Shown here piece after piece: positions 1 to 38,000 of a stretch of DNA of 64,000 nt. Source of the stretch: Lingula anatina (lineage: Eukaryota > Animalia > Brachiopoda). The position numbers and the translations under genes are program-made. The stretch's first letter is position 1; every line of letters starts with the position of its first letter. Location of the stretch: assembly GCA_051362555.1 (NCBI GenBank), contig CM120645.1, positions 9,176,001 through 9,240,000 on the forward strand, read 5' to 3'. Below the pieces are notes generated by a model. It worked only from the letters and a program-made list of their open reading frames with translations. It was not told the origin of the DNA and made no database searches.

Positions 1-363
1 ATAATTTTATGGGTATATTGAGTGCACATATAATTATCCAATTGCATGATATATTGTCAAGACCACTGCATTTTTAAATCAATATAAAAATCTTAATAGT
101 CTTGACTCACAAAAAATCTGATTTAGAGGGTAAAGACTGAAGGAGAGTTATAATTTCAAGGATGTTTTTAGTAATTCAAAAGCTGGAAAAGGAAGCTTCT
201 AAAAAAAACCATGATCCATAATTTCAATATTATCTCAGTTTGAGTGCACATCTTAAGGGGAACAGTAAAATGCAAGCATCCTGCATAGCAAAAGCAAACG
301 GCACTCATACAATACTAGACTAAGTTAATCATTTGTGGCCCCTGTGAAAAGCACTGTTGAAAG

Positions 364-27891
<27,528 letters not shown>

Positions 27892-27979
27892 TCGTGCAAG
27901 ATTTTGTTCCAAAACATTGTCGCGCTTCCTACAGGGACGACTCCATGTGTCTTTGGTCCAATCAGATCGGGTGTTTGTT

Positions 27980-28150
27980 TTTAGAAATGACGTGTATGTA
28001 AGCGCTGCGTTGAATGGCTACTTGCAAAAATCTCACCTACTGCAATCGTAGAAAATTGATCCACTGGAAAATGAAAGCAATATACTGGCAAATGGTGATG
28101 ACAGGCGACCTCCTCTCTCTTTTTTTTCAAAATAATATTGGCGCAAACCC
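27980..28150 (-). promoter_or_regulatory. TASOR-like promoter region (TGACGT CRE-like site; TTTGCGCCAAT E2F/CCAAT-like site)
   Basis: tgacgt at ~27988 and attggcgcaaa at 28137-28147; CpG-enriched relative to flanks. Confidence 0.3.
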
Positions 28151-28605
28151 CACCAGTAATGATGACAATACCGAATCTGATATCAAAGAACTAAATTTAT
28201 GTCAATTTGCACTAAATTGGACTGTGGCCCTGTAAAAGTTTTATTTACATTTGAATTTTAATTTCCCTGGTGTATAATGAAAGTAGTTGTATAAAATATC
28301 CCCAGTTTTCTAGGGCTAACAATTCTAGTAACCAGACACTTGCTTACGTATGGCAAAGGAGTAGCCCAAGCACCATTCAACCTAACCCCTCCCCCTCCAT
28401 GTACAAACACACGCACACACACACACACTATTAAAGATGCCACAGATTGTTGCCTACTGTTGCATTGTAGTCGCATAAGGATAAAGACAGGTGCAAAACA
28501 GAGTAATGAGGGGCACAGCAATGTGAAATGCTTGGTTAAGCCTTTTTTTCCAAGTACACGTGGGGGGGGGGGGGGGGGGGGGTAACATATTTTAATTGGT
28601 GCCAC

Positions 28606-28661
28606 CCCAGCAGGCACACAACGTTGATTCAACGTTGAATCAACGTTGTGTGCCTGCTGGG
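28606..28661. repeat. Perfect 56-bp palindrome (probable MITE remnant)
   Basis: CCCAGCAGGCACACAACGTTGATTCAAC|GTTGAATCAACGTTGTGTGCCTGCTGGG. Confidence 0.9.
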
Positions 28662-29919
28662 ACAAGTACTTTTTTTTTCAAAGAAATCATTTATGTTAAC
28701 TTGAAATGCTCAAATATAGGGACAATATTTTTTTCAAGTGATACTTTTTACTCCTACAGTTCAGACATATAATTATTACAACTTTTATTAGCTGAGAATG
28801 ATCACTGCTTGAACATTCTGAGAAAAAAACAGTTACAATTAATGAAATGATCTTACATACACATTCCACAAGTACATTTTTTTGGAATTAAGTCATTAAC
28901 ATTCATTTCAAACCAATTTGAAATGAGAAAAATTATTAACATTACTAGTGTAAGCATCATGTCATTGTTTTAAGTTTATCCTATCAATCACAAATACCAA
29001 AATCATTTCACAACAATGTTGACAAATCTTCACCATATTCTAGGTACGTAGAGTCATTCAATATATCATCACTGAATCGATCTGACACCAAATCTTACCA
29101 GTTATAAACACACTACTCAGCGATACTCGTGAACCAAAAATAATTCAATCTTATTTTTTATTTCTTCCATCACAACTGCACAATAGTGCACACACGCTGT
29201 GCTGAGCTGCCAGCTAGCTCAACCAGCTAGCTAACAAGGCTTATTCTTTTCATCATGTTCTTTATTTCACAGTCACAGACCCCAGAGGAAATGAGGGCTT
29301 GAGCTTCTTCCACCTTAAAACTTTTTTTAGCAGCATCTGTCTTTAAACACAAAAAGGGGGGACAGATGGGGGGGGGGGGGTTAAGAGGGATTTCCCCTCC
29401 CCCCTTTTTTTTTTACTTAATGGTAATTAAAGTTCTCCCTACAATTGAAATTTCTTTGAATTTCTTTGGGTCTGCATGGACAAATATGTATAGTATAAGA
29501 GATTGCTCCTGACTGAGAGAGAAGCCATTTGAGTATTGTTACTTTAAAAGTCTTGGAAGGATCTTCTGTAATATTCATTGTAATATGTAGTTCTTATGAT
29601 GTGGCTTTGACAGGTAAGCGAGATCACCAGTTATAATGTTCATAATATGAGCAGTTCCTTATACTGGGTATCATCATGTTCATAACAACAATAATTTAAA
29701 AATAACATGTACAGTGTAGAAACAAAAGAATTTATGTTCAAAAGTATGCAAGTAGAAGATTTCCTGGATTGGAAGGACAGATATTGGAATCTATTTGTAC
29801 GTAGCTCCCATAATTTAATCTTATGATGTTTTGAGCATCCTTTTCACAATAATGTCATAATGGTTTAAAACCATCCCTTCTGATTTACGCATAAATACAT
29901 TTACACAAAACTTGTTCTG

Positions 29920-30531
29920 TCAGTTTTTGTCTTTTGAAGAGTATTCTTTATCATAACTGTTATACTTCTTGTAGTGATAAAGATGATTGAAGTTAAAGAA
30001 TCCGTAGGGATATTCGTAGAACTTGTCGTAGCCGCTACCCTGACTGCTCCCGACTTCGTCATCATCATTCATAACTGAGTCATCCTCCTGGAATTGACAA
30101 AAAATAATTAACAATTTCAAGGTTAACATATTTCAAGAAAAACAATATTAAGAACTGATTGTTGTATCCGATGTAAGTAGTTATAGTCTTTTAGAAATAA
30201 CCACTAAAAAAACACCTTAAAATCACTACAAATATACATGGCCAGTATTGAAAGAATGAAGAATTTATTTATTGAAAGGGAATAGACAAATAAATATTAA
30301 ATAAATGATAAACAAACAAACAAACAAACAAACAAACAAATAAATACAAAGGTGTATGTATGATTAAAACAGTTAAAGAAAGACTAAACAAACAAACAAA
30401 TGATGAAAATTATTAATAGGAAATAAAAAATTCCCATGGACCACTAACCTGATCGCACTCCACTTCGCTCCCATCTGAATTCCAGCCTCCTCCTGACCCT
30501 GACCCCTCAGAGTGACCTCTGGTGGAACATC
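29920..30531 (-). CDS. Properdin-like exons 11-12 (30449-30531, 29920-30087): C-terminal tail
   Basis: GCSTRGHSEGSGSGGGWNSDGSEVECDQ/EDDSVMNDDDEVGSSQGSGYDKFYEYPYGFFNFNHLYHYKKYNSYDKEYSSKDKN*. Confidence 0.7.
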
Positions 30532-32042
30532 CTGGAGTAAGAAAATAGAAACATGCCCATGCAGTACGTAACATCAACATTTTTATTCAGCCTGTCATAT
30601 ACACTGCATGCCAGAATTATTAAATGTGAAAAAGATATTTAAATATCAAAACATTATAGTTAAATTGTTGTAATATTATGGCTCTCAGATCTTACCTTTT
30701 CTTTGTCTTATTTGAGTGTCTGGTACTGATTTACCACACAAGAGGCTTTTACAAGCTACAATTTCATAGTTGCTTCCTAAAAATAAATTATTTTGAAAAG
30801 ATGAGCACAATACTTTAAGAAGTAGGTTTAATTAAAACGCTATATTAGTTATACACCAAATATTGTGGAAACATTGATGAAGTAAAGTATATAGTCTAAC
30901 TTTTTTTCTACAAACGTTAATCATATTAATTTAATTATCAATCATTTACGTTTCACAATTCTTAAAAATTACAAAGAGAGTGACAAGGTGAAAATGAAAA
31001 CATATATTAACTGATATATAAAAGATAAACCTGTATGAATCAGAACAGTCACTCTCTCATTAAATACATAACTATTACAAATTAACAAAATGTATCATTT
31101 TATAACAAATCACCTATGCAGTCATTGCCATTGTTCTGTGGTTCTGGACAGGAGCAGTTCCTGAACCTTGCCTTGTAGCCACTCCCACAGGACTGGGAAC
31201 ACACACCCCACTCCGCCCACGAACACCAGTCACCATGACCTGAAATACAGAAACACACACATTACGTATGTTTTGGGTAAAAAGAAAAGAGGGAAGATCA
31301 AGAACAGCATGGTGCAGAACTGTGTCCGAGTTGTGAAGAGTCAACTGCATGTACTGGGTATAGTACATGTCAGACTGTACAGTATAAGTACTTACTTGGG
31401 CATGTTATATTGTTGTGACACTTCCTTTGTTCAGTAGCATCTCCCATACAGTTAAGGCCGCCCAGTTTGGGGCTGGGGTTGTTACAAGCTCGGAATCTGA
31501 GCTGCACCCCTCTGATACCACTACACGGTGGAGCCTCACACGTACTCCAGGAGGACCACGACGACCAGCCACCATTAACTGATGGAAAACGAAAGGTAAT
31601 AAAATAAATAATTTTTTTTAATGAATAAATAAATTTTCTTGAAACATTGTTTTGTTCAATATATACCTTTTAAAATGTTGATTGAAAGTCCATGGACATA
31701 AAAGTTACAAAATTAATCTATAATAATCAAAAGATATTAAAATATATATTTGGTGTTTGATAAATTTAAACAATTCTTATAATTATGATCATGCTGCCTT
31801 AGAGGTTACTTTTGGAACAAATACATGTACATGTCAGCTCCCATTTCCATCCCCATTGACTCTGTATATTGCCCTAACACATTAATGGTATATTTCCATC
31901 CATCCATCCATGTTCAAATGGGTGAGAGGCAAATATGGGCATTTTCACTTAAAAGTTAAGGAAATCTTGTTCTGCAAACTGTTTATATACAGTTTTATCT
32001 TTCATGCATTCATCCAACCAAGAGATCTGTTTGTGTCGTGTG

Positions 32043-32089
<47 letters not shown>

Positions 32090-35000
32090 ACCCCATGTCA
32101 AACTTTAAAAAAAATTAAGTATTTTTCAATACCTGGACATGCTATATCCACATAACAAGAGAGTACATCAGTGTCATTGCCAGTGCATGGCCGGCCACCA
32201 AAACGTGGTCGTGGTGCCACACACTCTCGCGACCTTGTGTGGCTGCCTGTCCCGCATGTCACTGAGCATGGAGTCCAGTCAGTCCACAATGACCAATCAC
32301 CATCAACTATTGGACAAAAAACATATCAATTTGTTAATTGCATTGAAATTGAATTATAATAAGTTATAATTCTGCTCAGTAATTAAGTAGTACAGGCCTG
32401 TAGCCAGGGGGGTTCATTAGAACACCCTTTTCAGGGGCGGATTTAGGCCGTCTTCTGGGTCTTCCGGAAGACGGTCAGATTTTCAAATTTTCATTGACAG
32501 GTATCTAATTTTTTCTGTTGGAAGACGGTCAAAATTGGAAGATGAATCAACAAAGATAATTTGGAAGACTGTCAGAAAATAGCTCTGGATCCACCCCTGC
32601 TTTTTGCTGGGCAAAGGGCCCCTCTGGGTATAATTTTATCTACTTACACAAAAGCTTTATGGTAAAAAGTCACTTATGAGCCTGTAGTAAGTAACACTTA
32701 CTCTTTGAATTAATTACCAGTAGAACTTTACTGCACCTCAGGGCTATTACAATTATTTCAATCACTTCACATATGATAATCTTTTAGAACAAAATGGAAC
32801 ACATCTGGCTTAAGTTTTCATAAAATATTACATGCCTTGATTTGCAATTCAAGGTTATTAATGATAATTAAGGCCTACAGAGGTACATAATTTATGGGGT
32901 AGCTCAGAAAAGAGACACATTAAAAATTAATTTAACCAATTTATTATATGACTGTATAATCATAAACATTATTCAGTTTGAAGTTAATAATTCTGTGATC
33001 ACCTACTTGGGCACTTCTTAAGTGTGCATCGTTTCTTTTGTTTGTGCATCCCTGTACATTCCTGGCCGCCATGTTGTGGCGCTGGGTTGTTGCACTCTCG
33101 GCTTCGTACTAGTCTGCCATTACCACACGTCTTACTGCAGGTGCTGTAGCCTGACCAGGCACCCCAACCACCATCAACTGAAGCAATGACACAGTGATAG
33201 AATGTAAATACAAATCATGGTTTATTTTCTTGGGAAAGGTTGCTTGGACAGATAAGTTGCATTTTTGCTGTGAAATTCTAAATCTTTTATATTATCAAGG
33301 CACCTAGGAGAGTTTCAATTATGGATTCCATTTATTTTCCTTCTTTCTTATTTATTAATTTATTTATTGCCAATAGGAAGTTGAATCTTAAAGATAATTC
33401 ATGAATACATGTATCTCAAACAGTCCAGAAACAATGCACATGCACAAACAACATGCACACACACACGCATGCCTGTTTTGAACCCAACATGTCCTACCTG
33501 GACAAGGCTGTGTCTTACAGACTTGACTCTGTGTAGTGTTACCCACGCAGTCCTTGCCTCCATGCTCCGGCCTGGGGCTGTTACAGAACCTCTGTCTTCT
33601 CTGAATTCCACCATTACAGCTAGCAGAGCAGGACTCCCAGGGATGCCAAGGACCAAAACCTCCATCAACTGGAATAAAACATGTAGGGCCTATGGGTGTG
33701 TCCCCAATGAAACTATCAAACTAGGTAAATTGATCCAACTCTGCTGACACTCTTGCTGAATGCAATTAGATTAATTGAATAGCATGCCTCCTTGAGCAGC
33801 TAGGGGATAATATACTTTTTAGTACATTCTATTGCACTCGAAACAAAGTGGAAAAGCTCCCAGGGGACAAATCAATACTTCCTGTCCATACTGACTGGAC
33901 AATGCTGTCTGTCCATACTAACCTGGACAATACTGCCTGTCCATACTAACCAGGACAATACTACCTGTCCATACTAACCGGGACAATACTGTCTTCCCAT
34001 ACTAACCTTGACAATACTGTCTGTCTATACTATTCTGGACAATACTGTCTGTCTATACTATTCTGGACAATACTGTCTGTCCATACTAACCTGGACAATA
34101 CCCCATACTGACCTGGACAATACTGTCTGTCCATACAAGGTCTCATCTGGTCTGGAGTGCCGGGGCAGCCACCTGCAGGACATAGCCGTGTTCTCTGCTT
34201 GGCTCCAGCTCCACAAGACTTACTGCACTTGCCCCACTCTCCCCATTTGGCCCATTCTGAAAATATGAAAATAATGGTAACCTGGAATGGTATGTACAAA
34301 GCACTTGGGTAGCCAAGTAGCTAGGTTGACATGTGATCAGTTACATACATGTACTACCACAGGAGATGTAGAGGAGTTAAGTGTTTCCTCATCCTAGTTT
34401 GAAAGGTTGGATCATTTTAAAGTATGTCAAAAAGTGTTTTTCATATATCATATAAGTGCATATGGCAAGAGTTTCCAACACAACACAAATAAATTAAATT
34501 TACATGCCAAAAAAAAAAAAAAGAAAGAAAAAAAAAATATAACCCAACCCCAAAAATGTTAAAACTGCTCCTTCTTCAAACTTCTGAAATGCTTTGTTTG
34601 ATGTTATATTTTAATGTTGGAAAGCTTTTGTAATGTAAAATGTATTAAAACTAACAGATTTTAAAGTATAAAAAAAATCATCTCTCAACAACAAATTATG
34701 ATGGTATGGCTATCAACTTCACTGTACATTGTATTTCAGATGGTGATATTTTGTATTATATCAGAAATATTTTACCTTTATACCATCATATATTAATCAT
34801 TGTCATCATTTTTATGATTTCACAGTGTTTGTAGTTACTGTTACAGCAGTAACAACAGCAGTAGTAGCAGCAGTACAGTGGTGTGTTTTTCATTTATTTA
34901 CCTCCCATCTTATGTAGCGGGGGTTTTGCTGGGGTGGTCTTCATCAAATCACTGCATTTTCTACATTCATAAAACTTCTTCCCAAGCGAGACCTGAAATG

Positions 35001-38000
35001 GAAAGAAAATACAGAATGTCAGTAAAATGACTTTGAAAATAAAATGCTTTACAAAAGGCAAAGACCAATTACTGAATGCATTTCAACTCATATAATTGTT
35101 CTTTTACATTTGCAATTATTATAACATAAATTTGTGTATTGGTATCATAACAGACTGAAATGGACAAATATTTAGCATTGAACCAGTTTTAAAATTAATA
35201 CAATCTAGCTGACAATGATGAAAATACTGTAGTATTTATTTCATTCAATAGGAATGTGTATAACTGTTACAGTAAAAGACTATAAAAACATGAGTCAACA
35301 AGAATGATAAAATAAATTACTTTTTCAGTCAAAAACATAAAAGTTTAAATTTATAACATGTAACTAGTATACAACGGCAAAATGGTGGGTTTTATTCTTT
35401 GGATCAAAAACGTATTAATATAATAATAGCTCACCAGAGCCACTGCGTAGCCATCTGCGTTACTTCTGGCACAGCAGTGCTGTGGGGTGGGATACTTCCT
35501 GCGTACGATACCTTTACATCCTGAAACCTTGGTCACATAGCGGCGGAAACAGTAATAATCAGCACCTGTAACTGAATGATGACAGCGAATTTTAGACAAA
35601 TGTTTGAACGAGGAATAAGAATTTCTTACTTTTTCTAATAGTTAATATTGATTTTTTTTTAATAATGAAGAGAGTACAAGTGTATTAAGATATCAATCAG
35701 CACCTGTGACTGGATGATAGTGAATTCTAGATAAATGTTTGAAAGATTTATAAGGTCTTTTAAGGAATTTCTTTCTTTTTTCTAATAGATAATATTAATT
35801 TTTAATAATGAAGATCGTATAAGTACAAAGATATCAAGTCATATAAAAAAATAGTTTGTACAAAATATTAATGCCTCATCTTGCAATCATGAGCAGAAAA
35901 TTGCTAAATGACGCACACTAGCAAGAATCCCAACTCCACTTCCTGTCGCGATCAATATTTCACACAAAAAATATCAGTCATGCACAATTAGCCAGATTAT
36001 TTTGGATAAGTGCACTTAACATTATTACTGGTATAGACAATTTCACTTCCACAGACAGCTAGAGAATATGAAAATGTGTGACAGTGTGTAGTGAAGTGAG
36101 ACAATTAATTAATATCCAGTTGGTGCCAGCAAGAAAAACTCTCACCAGTGCCAGCTACAATAGTGCTGGCAAGTAAAATTCTTACCACTGAATCAAAATA
36201 CTCAACTAGCAAAAATTAATTTCAAAACAAACCACAATGTACGCACCTGACTTTTTAAAAGTTCTCTCTCCAAATCTAGATGAGACCAGAAGAATTTCCG
36301 TCATGTCTAGAATGTGACGGTGACAGGGGAGATAACGTGGGCCATACCAGGGAAGATAAGTTTTATATTTACCATTTGTCTTTACCCTCAATAAATAAAG
36401 TTTAATAAATAAACAGATCTCGGTATGTTCACCCTAAGGATCAGCAGTTACTGAAAACTTAACATGGTGACCTATTATAAATGTAAGTATATTTTTTTGT
36501 TTTTATTGCTGATAATAGAGGTGAATTTCCTCTGAAACTCAGGGTGACAAAACTATAGTAACAGCTCGGTCTTTTCATTGGGCAAAAAACAATCAACTTT
36601 TTATACACATAATTTGGAACCACAAAAAAATTATATACTTAGCATATAACATTTCTGGTGCCTTTACTGCATAGAATAGAACTATTATGGTAGCCTATAT
36701 TTCTATTTTGATGCTACTGTACCACTAAATAGTAATGCTTTAATTTTTTTGTTTAATTTATGACTTAAAAAATAAAGAATCTGTAAAATCCACACTTTTT
36801 CCATTGAAAAGATAGAGCCATTACCGTATGAACACTGAGACATCTTGCAAAAGGAGATGCACAAATATTCCTTTTCATGTATTACTGCATGGGGTGGTTC
36901 ATCATTTATCATCTGTCAGCAAATTTTACCAAGGATCTTCATAAAATTCTCCCACAAATTTTGGCCCTATTTTTAGAGTGTCTAGTCCAATTCCTGTAAC
37001 AGCTATTACCTTTTCCTGAAAGCTGCAAATACCATCTATTTTCTACCTTGAGCAAATTCTTTTCAATCATTTTCTCAAAATTCCCTGCTGGTAAAAAGAG
37101 CTTGGTCAAATGTCAACAAATTGTGGAAGCATCTTCTAATTACAAACTATAATAGAGTGAGCATACAGAAGAAATTCAGAATTCAATTTACTAAATTTAT
37201 TTCAAAGCTACGGTAAAGTCTTGAAAATTTCGTCGCTTAAAAAATAATTAATATTTTTAATTGAGTAAATCCGACTAATTTTTCAAAATTACCTCTCACA
37301 GACTCCTGGGCATGACGAAATTTTCAAAAATCCGGCCTTTGGACTTTTATCCTTAGCGACTGTTATCTTTGACCCTCCTATATGGTGGGACATTTATTAC
37401 TACTTCCTAAGTCATTTTCTGGTGGTAAATAATAATCTATTTATTAGTGAATCTCGATTAAGTTATATTTAACTAACTGTACCCGAAAACATGTTGAGAA
37501 TAATTTTCTCGGTAAGAAACATACCTCCTGATAGAGGAGAAGGATCAAGATAAGCCTGATTGCAACCTTGCATCATAACCTGGACGCGACATGTTAAAAA
37601 AAATACGCACTTGGGAACGTTTGCTGCATGCAGGGCTTTTCCCAGGATTGAGTGTCAGGCCTTCTAAAATTACCATCTGTAACTTCCTAAAAATTTACAG
37701 GGAGTTAAAATAATGATCTCCCGTTGACGATCTTCCGCAATTTAAGTTCCTTGAACTAATATCTTATCTTCTCGTCTCGTTTGGATCGCGAACGATCTGT
37801 TGACGATATTACGCGAACGATTCTCCGCTGAAGATATGAAAATTGCCATCTCGTCCCATTCGCATTGCGAACGATCTCCATGTACGAGCCAGGTAATCGT
37901 TAAATGGTCCTAAATTGAACATGGACATGAATAGAAGTGACGGGTACATTTCACTTCCAGATAATATCTTGATTTTTTCATTGTGTCTTCCTCATTTAGG

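Noticed and set aside
30696-34256. Calling the TSR gene hemicentin, SCO-spondin, semaphorin-5 or ADAMTS
   Set aside because: No Ig, vWF, Sema or metalloprotease exons; the gene is complete at 524 aa with its own signal peptide and TB-like domain.
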